In this document: piece by piece, positions 48,283 to 56,760 of the stretch
Numbering within the stretch: the first letter of the stretch is position 1
Layout of the letters: each line of letters starts with the position of its first letter
Source: an uncultured Candidatus Saccharibacteria bacterium
Lineage (GTDB): Bacteria; Patescibacteriota; WWE3; CAZQQZ01
Reading direction: 5' to 3'
Assembly: GCA_964595755.1 (NCBI GenBank)
Contig: CAZQQZ010000001.1
Coordinates: 22,228 to 86,227 of the forward strand
DNA: 64,000 nucleotides
Notes under the pieces: generated by a model
What the model was told of the DNA's origin: nothing
The model's input: the letters and a program-made list of their open reading frames with translations, nothing else
Database searches by the model: none
Position numbers and translations under genes: made by a program

Positions 48283-49665
48283 TTAGTTTAGAAGAGCAAA
48301 AAAGTGGGTTTTGAGGTCTTTGATACTGAACCTAATTTGTTCCATTGAGTCTCGATCCCTAACGGTGACCGTATCGTCCTCAAGGGTCTGGTAATCGATT
48401 GTAACGCACCAAGGCGTGCCGATCTCATCCTGTCTGCGATATCTCTTACCCACGTTTCCAGCATCGTCCCAAGCGGTGTAGAAGTTCGTCTTTAACCCGT
48501 CATAAACCTCCCTTGCCTTTGCCGTAATTTCCGGCCTGTTCGCCATTAATGGGAAAACGGCAACTTTGTAAGGAGCCAGGTTTGGAGGAAGTTTAAGAAG
48601 CGTCCGAGAGATTTCTCCCATTTCATCTTTTTCTTCCGTAAAGGCGCTTAGAAGAACCGCAAGAAGCGTCCGAGTGACTCCAAAGGTAGGCTCAACGACA
48701 TGGGGAACAAATCTCTTATTTTCTTTGGTATCAAAATAACTTAATTCCTGACCCGAAAATTTAGCATGGTTAGTGAGATCAAAGTCGGTTCGATAAGCCA
48801 AACCATAAAGTTCCTGAAAGCTCCCGAAAGGAAAGTCGTATTCAATATCCTCTGTTCTTTTTGAATAATGAGATAGTTCTTCTTTCGAATGAGCCCTCCA
48901 GCGAAGCTTCTCTTCCTCCAAACCAAGTTCTTTTGCCCATTCCCACATCAAGCCCTTCCATTCCTCAAAAACATTTTCCCAGTCCTCTTCTCTAATAAAA
49001 TACTCGATCTCCATTTGCTCAAATTCCAAAGTTCTAAAAACAAAATTCCCGGGGGTAATTTCATTTCTAAAAGCTTTTCCAATCTGGGCAACTCCAAATG
49101 GAATTTTTGGGGAAAAAGAATCAACTATATTTTTAAAGTTGACAAATATATTCTGGGCCGTTTCCCCCCGAAGGTAAACATCAAACTTGGTGTTTTCAAC
49201 ACTCCCAAGAGATGTTTTAAAAAGAAGGTTAAATTTACGAGCCTCGGTTAAATTTGTGCTTCCGCATTTAGGACATTTAAGATTCTTTTCTTTAATTATC
49301 TCTGTGAGTTCCGCGGGCGTTTTTCCACCCGCACTAATTTTAAGGGAGTCTTCAACCAAATGATCTGCCCTAATTCTTTCTTTGCAGTCCTTGCAATCAA
49401 CCAAAGGATCATTAAAATTAGTTACGTGCCCAGACGCCTCCCAAACTTTGGGGTTTGAGATGATTGCCCCATCCATTCCGTAAATATTTTCCCGAGTTCC
49501 CACAAAAGTTTTCCACCAAAGATTTCTGATATTCCTTAAAAGTTCCGCCCCCAAAGGACCGTAATCATAAGCATTGGAAAGCCCCCCATAAATCTCAGAA
49601 TTCGGGTAAACAAACCCCCTTCTCTTACATAAAGAAACAATTTTTTGCATCAGATCTTCTGTCAT
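48283..49665 (-). CDS. glyQS: Glycyl-tRNA synthetase, alpha2 (homodimeric) type
   Basis: CKRRGF, YDYGPLG, LRGETAQ, FRNEITP, EFEQME and RYRRQDEIG. Confidence 0.96.
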   Translation of the reverse strand: MTEDLMQKIVSLCKRRGFVYPNSEIYGGLSNAYDYGPLGAELLRNIRNLWWKTFVGTRENIYGMDGAIISNPKVWEASGHVTNFNDPLVDCKDCKERIRADHLVEDSLKISAGGKTPAELTEIIKEKNLKCPKCGSTNLTEARKFNLLFKTSLGSVENTKFDVYLRGETAQNIFVNFKNIVDSFSPKIPFGVAQIGKAFRNEITPGNFVFRTLEFEQMEIEYFIREEDWENVFEEWKGLMWEWAKELGLEEEKLRWRAHSKEELSHYSKRTEDIEYDFPFGSFQELYGLAYRTDFDLTNHAKFSGQELSYFDTKENKRFVPHVVEPTFGVTRTLLAVLLSAFTEEKDEMGEISRTLLKLPPNLAPYKVAVFPLMANRPEITAKAREVYDGLKTNFYTAWDDAGNVGKRYRRQDEIGTPWCVTIDYQTLEDDTVTVRDRDSMEQIRFSIKDLKTHFFALLN

Positions 49666-49667
49666 AA

Positions 49668-50189
49668 TTATCGATATGAATCCAAGGATCTTAATTTCCT
49701 CCCAATAATTTCTTCGATATAATACCGATTATTTACCTTTCCTTCAAGTTCTTTTGACCAGTATCCTAACAATTTTAATAATTTGATTTCAAAATCAGAG
49801 ATGGAAATATCTTTCTCGCACAAACCCTGCATAAATTTTAAAAGAAGCTCATAAACCTCTTTGTGCGCCTGCTCTTCCGGCAAAAGCGCGTCCGTAAGTT
49901 CACAAACATGAAAAGCCAATCTAATCTTTTTTAGGCTACCCTTAAGAAGACAAAAATCATTAATTAGGACGGACTCAGAAAGAGTATAAAAAGTTTTTCC
50001 TTCATAAATCTGAAGTTGGGACAAACACAAAAGATCGATTGTCGGGGCTCTTCTGGAAGTAATCTTTCGAACGCCTTTGGCGATAACTTTAATCTTTCCC
50101 AAATTTCTCGTCATCACCGTTAGAATCCGATCAGATTCGGAGAAATTTTTTCTTTTTATAATAATCCCCGCTACTCCAAAACTTCCCAT
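49668..50189 (-). CDS. recO: DNA repair protein RecO (short form)
   Basis: GIII....FSESDRIL...GKI..IAKGVRK; EIKLL..LGY. Confidence 0.88.
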   Translation of the reverse strand: MGSFGVAGIIIKRKNFSESDRILTVMTRNLGKIKVIAKGVRKITSRRAPTIDLLCLSQLQIYEGKTFYTLSESVLINDFCLLKGSLKKIRLAFHVCELTDALLPEEQAHKEVYELLLKFMQGLCEKDISISDFEIKLLKLLGYWSKELEGKVNNRYYIEEIIGRKLRSLDSYR

Positions 50190-50211
50190 GCCACCGATTC
50201 TATCCCAAAGG

Positions 50212-52095
50212 CTATTTGATAACAACTTCCCGATCAGTTTTAAGTTTGAAGCTTTCTTTTTTACCTAAGAAACCTACCACGTAATCAAAAGCGTCCGTAC
50301 CCGGTTGCTTTTGGATTAATAGCTTGTACGCGTCTTCTTCAACAACCCCAACAGGCAACTCATATTTTAAAGTCAAGGTCGCCTTTTTAAGCGGATCAAC
50401 CGCCATATATCCCGTAAAGACGGTTTTTCCAAGATCAGTTGAACTAGTAACCGTATTTAAAGATCCCGACGAATCGATGAGTTTTGCGCCTTCAGGCACA
50501 TAAACCCTAACCCAATCACGATAACCGGTATTCCATTCCGCATCATACTCACCGGTGTTTTCGTAATCGATTGTAACGACCTTCTCATAGATATCTCCCC
50601 TCTTAACAATCTCTTGCGTGACAAACTCCGTTATCCACCAATTAGCTTTTCTTCCTCCAAAATTGGAATCGTTGATGTGAAGGTAATCACCCTTATAAGA
50701 AACAAGACGCCCGGCAACCTTGTAATGTTCAGCAAGTGTTTGAAGATCTGCATCAAAAAAACGCATCAAAATGTGCTTTTCCGAAAGAAGCGCTCCAATT
50801 TCCTTTAAAAAGTCGTCGTACTTTCCCGAAGGCATCCCATATGCTCGATTAATAATTTCATTCATTAGAGCCCCCAAAATATCCTTTCTCCCTTTTTCCA
50901 TTTTTCTTAAAACGTTCGCGTAAAGTTCAAGCTCATGCACAACGTTCTCACTCGTAAATGGAGTGGAATAACCAGTAACAGCAACATCCCCAAGCACCCT
51001 CAACAGTCCTTGGACAAACTGGGTATCTACCGCAATTACCCCATCAACCGCTGGAACCCCCGGAACCCGCATCCAAAAATCCATCAAAGTATCGGTAGAA
51101 ACTTTATAATCCGGAGAAAGGTTGGAATCTCGGATGTACCAATCATCAAGCTTAAGATAGGCCTTTATAGGAGCCGGCGCAGGTGGATACGCCCCCGCCT
51201 TGTTATCAATATCCAACATGTACATGTCACCGGAAGCAGAGCTAACGATCTGAGCGTTCTGAAATGTGAACAAAGCGTAGGCGGTCCAAAAACCTCCCGT
51301 TGGGCGAATTTCTTTATCATTTTGAAACAAAACCAAATAACGCATTGGACTACTGTTACCTGTCAGAACGGGGAAAATCTCGAATAATCTTTTGATATCG
51401 GGAAACGAAGTATTTATTCCAGAAACAACGCTTCTTAAAGAGAGTATTTGACCACGAACATCTTTTCCTCTTACGGATTTTGGATAACGATTGGGATTAA
51501 TCTTATCTAGATCAGAAGAAGCGGAAGCGAGCTCAATTCCAATTTCATCCATATCTTCGGCTACTTTTGGAAACAAAGTCACTAATGCCTTGACTTTTTC
51601 CGGACCATAAAGCGGCGTCGAGGCTTTCTCATCGGTAGAGAAACCTAGCAGATTTGCGTTTGGATAAATGCTATCAACCAATAATAAAGCGGAGGTAGTT
51701 AAATGATTTGCCGCCGACAAACCTGACTCTGCATCCTTATAGTACATTCCCAAAAAAGGCACGAATTTTGTCCAAGATAATTTCTTAGTTTTTGCTTCAA
51801 CCGTGAGCACATCTTCCTTAAGATACCCGACCCCCCGCTTAACCTGAGTCATATTCTGCAGCAAAAAACCGTCCTTGGTGTATTTAATGTGCTCATTCAA
51901 AGAAGCGGTCGAAGAAAAAATGTTCTTAACAGGAATTATAATCAGAAAAAAAAGCACCAACCCAATAATTGCAGTTGCCCCAAAAACCCAAAGCAGAATT
52001 TTTTTGTTAAATTTAAATTTAGACATAAAAGGAATATTAATTTTGGGAAGATTAAAAGAAAAAGAAGCCTTTCTGCTTTGGTTTATGCTTTTCAT
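50212..52095 (-). CDS. DUF4012-type membrane-anchored protein of glycan loci
   Basis: YLVLFQNDKEIRPTGGF, RDSNLSPD, DGVIAVD and IQKQPG. Confidence 0.8.
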   Translation of the reverse strand: MKSINQSRKASFSFNLPKINIPFMSKFKFNKKILLWVFGATAIIGLVLFFLIIIPVKNIFSSTASLNEHIKYTKDGFLLQNMTQVKRGVGYLKEDVLTVEAKTKKLSWTKFVPFLGMYYKDAESGLSAANHLTTSALLLVDSIYPNANLLGFSTDEKASTPLYGPEKVKALVTLFPKVAEDMDEIGIELASASSDLDKINPNRYPKSVRGKDVRGQILSLRSVVSGINTSFPDIKRLFEIFPVLTGNSSPMRYLVLFQNDKEIRPTGGFWTAYALFTFQNAQIVSSASGDMYMLDIDNKAGAYPPAPAPIKAYLKLDDWYIRDSNLSPDYKVSTDTLMDFWMRVPGVPAVDGVIAVDTQFVQGLLRVLGDVAVTGYSTPFTSENVVHELELYANVLRKMEKGRKDILGALMNEIINRAYGMPSGKYDDFLKEIGALLSEKHILMRFFDADLQTLAEHYKVAGRLVSYKGDYLHINDSNFGGRKANWWITEFVTQEIVKRGDIYEKVVTIDYENTGEYDAEWNTGYRDWVRVYVPEGAKLIDSSGSLNTVTSSTDLGKTVFTGYMAVDPLKKATLTLKYELPVGVVEEDAYKLLIQKQPGTDAFDYVVGFLGKKESFKLKTDREVVIK

Positions 52096-52105
52096 ATTTT
52101 AAAAA

Positions 52106-52747
52106 CTACTCCGCCCCCCGACCGGCGACCACCGCCCAAGGGGTTTTAAATAAAATTAACAAATCTTTGAGAAAAGAATAATTTTCAGAATATTTCGCGT
52201 CCATCTTTACTCTTCCTGGAAAATCAATCGTGGTTCTCCCAGAAACTTGCCAGGGTCCCGTCAATCCTGGTTTTATACTAGTTGCCTTTTTAATAAAAAC
52301 TTCAATCCCCTCATTTCTTTTATTTTGCTCCTCAAGCTCAAAGGGATAATACGCCCTCGGACCAACGAGACTCATCTGCCCCCGCAAAATATTCAAAAAT
52401 TGAGGCGCCTCATCAATTGAAAATCTCCTTAAGAACCTACCTCCCGGAATAATCCTTGGATCCTCCTCTGGTTTTAATTTGTAGTTATTGAGTTTATACT
52501 TCTCGTGCAAATCTGGGTGGTTCAAAAGGTACTCGTGGGCTTTGGGGATCATTGTCCTTAACTTATACATTCGGAAAGGCTTCCCGCCTTTCCCAACTCT
52601 GGCGGGAATATCGGCAAAGACTGGTCCAGGAGAAGTAATTTTGATCCAAATGGCAGAAAGGATTAACATGGGCGAATAACAAAAAAGGAAAAAACCTGCC
52701 CCTAAAATATCAATTAATCTCTTGATGGGATTGTAAAAATTTTTCAT
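52106..52747 (-). CDS. Priming phosphoglycosyl transferase (bacterial sugar transferase family)
   Basis: KRLIDI, KLRTM, DPRI...SIDEAPQ, GQMSLVGPR and PGLTG.WQV. Confidence 0.93.
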   Translation of the reverse strand: MKNFYNPIKRLIDILGAGFFLFCYSPMLILSAIWIKITSPGPVFADIPARVGKGGKPFRMYKLRTMIPKAHEYLLNHPDLHEKYKLNNYKLKPEEDPRIIPGGRFLRRFSIDEAPQFLNILRGQMSLVGPRAYYPFELEEQNKRNEGIEVFIKKATSIKPGLTGPWQVSGRTTIDFPGRVKMDAKYSENYSFLKDLLILFKTPWAVVAGRGAE

Positions 52748-53804
52748 ACTCGCGTTTTACCGAAACGGAAAAAGTTTTTAAGAAAATTTCTTTTGAAAAT
52801 TCCTTACCCCGACGAACACAATTCTCCCCTTTAAAATGAAACTTGTCAAAATCAAGAACCGCTTTCTCTAATGATACGACAGTTTGGTCATTGAAAAAAA
52901 TACCGGTTTCCTCGTTAATAACAGTTTCAAGCGCCCCACCTTCGGAAAACGCAATCACGGGGCATTTGCAAACCATCGCTTCTACCGCCGTTATCCCAAA
53001 ATCCTCTTTTTGAGGAAAAATCAAAGCTTTTGCCCGACTCATTAAGTCTACCACATTCGAATCTGAAATTCTCCCCGTAAAAGTTACCGTCTTCCCTGCC
53101 ATCCTTTTTAGTCGAGGGAGATCCTCCCCTTCGCCAACAACAACAAGTTTAATTTTAAGCTTATTTGCGACAAGGATCGCAAGATCCGTCTGCTTCCAAC
53201 GGGAAAGTCTAGAAACAATTAGAAAAAAGTCCTTTCTCTTTTCAACAGGTTGCCGGCATTCTTTACTTTGAAAAGGATAAACGATCGTTGAATCGCGGTT
53301 GTAGAACTTTTTGATCTTCTCTGCAGTGTAATTAGAATTTGCAAAAATCGCGTCGACCCGTTCAACCGCCGCCTGATCCCAAATCCGAAGCCATAAATTG
53401 ATTGGCGAAGTAATCAGTCTTATAAGATTGCTCGAAAAATAATCAAACGGCTCCCAAAGAAAACGGGCGGGAGAGTGCATATAACAAATATGGCAAGTTT
53501 TTGAGCTAGTTGTTATACCATGAGAAAAACGGGCGGAAGAGCTAATCACCAAATCGTAACCGGAAAAATCAAAAGATTCAAAAACTAAAGGCATTAGGAA
53601 ATAAGCGAATTTTTCAATTTTATCCTTAAAGGGAAGCCTCTGTAATAGGCGGGAAGCCTTAATTTTCCCGTAACGGGAAGCGAACTTCTTATCATAAATA
53701 GAGGTAAAAATATCCGCTTCTGGGTAAAGTTCAAATATTGCCTCAAAAACACTTTCCGCCCCACCCGATTGTATAAAACTATCGTGAACTAAAGCAATTT
53801 TCAT
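52710..53804 (-). CDS. Glycosyltransferase family 4
   Basis: MKIALVHD..GGAE and EDFGITAVEAM. Confidence 0.92.
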   Translation of the reverse strand: MKIALVHDSFIQSGGAESVFEAIFELYPEADIFTSIYDKKFASRYGKIKASRLLQRLPFKDKIEKFAYFLMPLVFESFDFSGYDLVISSSARFSHGITTSSKTCHICYMHSPARFLWEPFDYFSSNLIRLITSPINLWLRIWDQAAVERVDAIFANSNYTAEKIKKFYNRDSTIVYPFQSKECRQPVEKRKDFFLIVSRLSRWKQTDLAILVANKLKIKLVVVGEGEDLPRLKRMAGKTVTFTGRISDSNVVDLMSRAKALIFPQKEDFGITAVEAMVCKCPVIAFSEGGALETVINEETGIFFNDQTVVSLEKAVLDFDKFHFKGENCVRRGKEFSKEIFLKTFSVSVKREYEKFLQSHQEIN

Positions 53805-54946
53805 AAGGCATGATATTGGGCAAGGGTTTCTCGGGCCATTTTTTCCCAACTAAACTTCTTGGTTTGGTTAAGCCCTTTTTCCACCAAACTTTTCTGCAAT
53901 TTCTCATCTCCCAAAAGACCAATTATTTTCTCTGCCATATCTTTAGGGTCATACGGATTAAAATAATAAACAGCCTCTCCTCCAATCTCTGGCATGCAGG
54001 AAATATTAGAAGCGCAAACGGGTAATCGATGGGTCATCGCTTCAAGGAGTGGTAATCCAAAGCCTTCCTTTAAAGAAGGAAATACATAAAGGGCCGCGTT
54101 TTTATAAAAATAGTACAGATCCTCATCCGGAAGATATCCATCATCCCTTTGAAAATTGGGAAATATCACCTCTTTACTTAAATCTTCTCCCAAAATCTCC
54201 TTCACTTCATTTCTTGCTCGTTTAGAAAAATAACTCACCTTTCCCACCAGTACCAACTGAATATCTTTATCCTTTTTGATAATCTTAAAAGCCTCCGCCA
54301 AACGAGCAACATTTTTGTGGGGGTACATACTGCTAACATAGAGTAAATATGGTTTGGAAATACCATATTCTTTAGGAATTTCCTCCGAGCCAGTTAAATC
54401 TTTTGTTTTGGATAAATCCACGTCCAAACCTTCATAAGTGACTACTATTTTTTCTGACGCGGTCTTAAAGTTTTTGACAATATCTTCTTTTGTGGCGTTT
54501 GAGACTGCGAGAACCTTCTTGGCGAACTTTATCGCCCACCTGATTGTGAGTTCATATCCCAAACGTTTAAAGAAAAAAACAATTGCTCCGCGGGTGGAAG
54601 TTTTTTGAGTGGGAAATTCACTCATTATTAAATCATGAATGGTAACAACATATGGGCGAAGATAAAGAAGGGGTAAATTAAAATGGGTAAAATGAACTAA
54701 ATCAAGCTTATTTTTGTATAAAGTTATTGGGAAAAAAAGTTGCTCCGAAAATGAATAGGGCTTAAAGTCAGCCTCAACTTTCTTAAATCTTGGATTTTCA
54801 CATTTATACTTCTCGAAACCCTCCGAGTTTAGGAAAATAAAATAATCATTTTCTTTATCCAATTTTTCTAACTCGCGGATTAAATTGCTTTGATACCTTC
54901 CTATTCCACCCACCCCATAAAATCGCGCGTCTATTCCTATTCTCAT
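53801..54946 (-). CDS. Glycosyltransferase family 4
   Basis: MRIGIDAR..GIGRY, VTIHD and EGFGLPLLEAM. Confidence 0.93.
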   Translation of the reverse strand: MRIGIDARFYGVGGIGRYQSNLIRELEKLDKENDYFIFLNSEGFEKYKCENPRFKKVEADFKPYSFSEQLFFPITLYKNKLDLVHFTHFNLPLLYLRPYVVTIHDLIMSEFPTQKTSTRGAIVFFFKRLGYELTIRWAIKFAKKVLAVSNATKEDIVKNFKTASEKIVVTYEGLDVDLSKTKDLTGSEEIPKEYGISKPYLLYVSSMYPHKNVARLAEAFKIIKKDKDIQLVLVGKVSYFSKRARNEVKEILGEDLSKEVIFPNFQRDDGYLPDEDLYYFYKNAALYVFPSLKEGFGLPLLEAMTHRLPVCASNISCMPEIGGEAVYYFNPYDPKDMAEKIIGLLGDEKLQKSLVEKGLNQTKKFSWEKMARETLAQYHAL

Positions 54947-54985
54947 GTCCTTATTATACCAAATTTGATGGCTTGAAACTGAATT

Positions 54986-55042
54986 TTGTAGCTGCGGGGC
55001 CCGCCTAGACTCGTGGGCGAGGCTGGCTGTGACCCGCCAATT
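54986..55042 (+). repeat. GTAG-type REP with nested element
   Basis: TTGTAGCTGCGGGG-CCCGCCTAGACTCGTGGGCGAGGCTGG-CTGTGACCCGCCAATT. Confidence 0.8.
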
Positions 55043-55048
55043 TATTGC

Positions 55049-55819
55049 TTATATGTTTATGGCGATAATCCAAATGTCGGTCGCAAAAAAACGATTAATA
55101 GGGTACCTATCAATAAAAAAGCTCCCGATTTTACTGTCTATAATCTTATCGAAAAGACAAAGTATAAATTTTAGCATCCGCTGCTTTGCATCAATTTGGG
55201 AAGACCAAAATTTAGGCGTTCTCTCCAACCAAACTTTTCCTGTTAGATTATGTTTATTTAACGAGGCTAAAACGGAACCATAGCTCTGCTCGTTTATATG
55301 CCAGGCGGGAGAGTTGGGAGTAAGTCCCAATAACCGCATCAAAAAATGACCGAGCTTCACCTGATACTTAGTTGGGGAGGTTTGGGCAATAAAAAAACCA
55401 TCTTTCTTAAGAATTTTTGATACGGTAGAAAGAACCAGATTGATCTCACTTTCGTTAAGATGCTCCCAGACATTTAAAAAAAGCACTAAATCAAAAAAAT
55501 CTTCCGGAAAATTCATCTCGCTTACCTCTTTTTTAAGTAGAGAAATTTTTCTCTCCCCAATCTCTGCCTTAGCTTTTTTGACCGCTGATTCGGAACAATC
55601 AACCCCCATTGAGTTCCACCCCGCATCATATAGGTACTTGAGCATTTCTCCTCGGCCAAAACCAATGTCCAAAACCCTTCCTTTGCGCTTTCCAAAAGTT
55701 GAATTGATTAAACGTTTCGCCGTTCGAAAAACATAGTGATCATCAATTGTGTAACCGGTAACATCTCGAAAATAATAGTCATCATAAATTCTGTGATCAA
55801 TTTTTTCTTTAGATTTCAT
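55049..55819 (-). CDS. Class I SAM-dependent methyltransferase
   Basis: VLDIGFGRG, GVD and FDLV....VWEH. Confidence 0.88.
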   Translation of the reverse strand: MKSKEKIDHRIYDDYYFRDVTGYTIDDHYVFRTAKRLINSTFGKRKGRVLDIGFGRGEMLKYLYDAGWNSMGVDCSESAVKKAKAEIGERKISLLKKEVSEMNFPEDFFDLVLFLNVWEHLNESEINLVLSTVSKILKKDGFFIAQTSPTKYQVKLGHFLMRLLGLTPNSPAWHINEQSYGSVLASLNKHNLTGKVWLERTPKFWSSQIDAKQRMLKFILCLFDKIIDSKIGSFFIDRYPINRFFATDIWIIAINI

Positions 55820-55822
55820 AGA

Positions 55823-56548
55823 TTAATCTTTCCATCCTCCACAAAGGTTTATGGCAGAGAAATTTTTAACAAATGGGAGTCTATACAGAAAGTTTTCTAT
55901 TTTTATTATTAAAGGCAATCTATCCGGCGAAATCATCGGAAAAAGTTCAAGTGGTAGTATTTCAATCTTTGTGATATCTGCTTTTTCAAAATAGCCTCTA
56001 AGTTTTTGTGGGGAAGTCTTTGTCATTCCCGATTCAATACTTAAATCAAAATATTTATCAAATAGGGGCGCCCCAATCCACCACCAAAGGTTAAATGGAT
56101 TAGGTTCGAGAACACTTACTTTCCCACCGGTAACAACCGCACGCGACATCTGTAAAACAACTTCGGCAGGGTTAGAAATGTGGTGTAAGGTATCAATGCA
56201 AAATACTCGCTCAAATCCGGATAAAGCAAGGGGTTTAGTGATGTCTTTTTCATAGGTGGTGAGTCTATCAGAAAATCCAAAAGAGCGAGCTCTTTCTTCG
56301 AGAATTTTTAATGATTTGGGAGAAAAATCAACCGCGGTAACCTTGTATCCAAGCTCTAATAGTAAAAGGGTCCAAGGACCCTTGCCACAACCAAGTTCCA
56401 AAATTCTTGCATCGGTTTTGACTCCACCTAGAACAAAATCAAGGACAATCTTGTTGATTCTTTTTACAGCGAAGCTTCCCGTACTTCTTAAAGGCGCGTA
56501 ATCACCGGCAGCTAAATCATCAAAAAATTCTTTTTGATCTTTTTTCAT
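55823..56548 (-). CDS. Class I SAM-dependent methyltransferase
   Basis: ILELGCGKG, AVDFS, LHH and EPN. Confidence 0.88.
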   Translation of the reverse strand: MKKDQKEFFDDLAAGDYAPLRSTGSFAVKRINKIVLDFVLGGVKTDARILELGCGKGPWTLLLLELGYKVTAVDFSPKSLKILEERARSFGFSDRLTTYEKDITKPLALSGFERVFCIDTLHHISNPAEVVLQMSRAVVTGGKVSVLEPNPFNLWWWIGAPLFDKYFDLSIESGMTKTSPQKLRGYFEKADITKIEILPLELFPMISPDRLPLIIKIENFLYRLPFVKNFSAINLCGGWKD

Positions 56549-56607
56549 TGGGGTGATTCTACCGCAAAATACCCCTTCTCGCTTTTTGTTTTTTCAATTG
56601 TATTATC

Positions 56608-56658
56608 TGTAGCTGTGAGACCCGCCTAGCAGTCGAGGCTGATCCTATCTCGCCAATT
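56608..56658 (+). repeat. GTAG-type REP with nested element (diverged)
   Basis: TGTAGCTGTGAGA-CCCGCCTAGCAGTCGAGGCTG-ATCCTATCTCGCCAATT. Confidence 0.7.
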
Positions 56659-56704
56659 TCTTGTGGAATTATTGTGACAATATTGTGACAATAACGATAG
56701 TATG

Positions 56705-56732
56705 AAAGATTACTTATTCGAATAAGTAATCT
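56705..56732. repeat. Perfect 26-bp palindrome, copy A (downstream of the RM gene)
   Basis: AGATTACTTATTCGAATAAGTAATCT at 56707-56732. Confidence 0.9.
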
Positions 56733-56760
56733 CGAAAAAGACCCACCCAATTAAATGTTG

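Noticed and set aside
56705-56732. XerCD dif site or canonical attC as the identity of the palindromes
   Set aside because: There is no TTATGTTAAAT-like arm with a 6-bp spacer, and no RYYYAAC/GTTRRRY ends.
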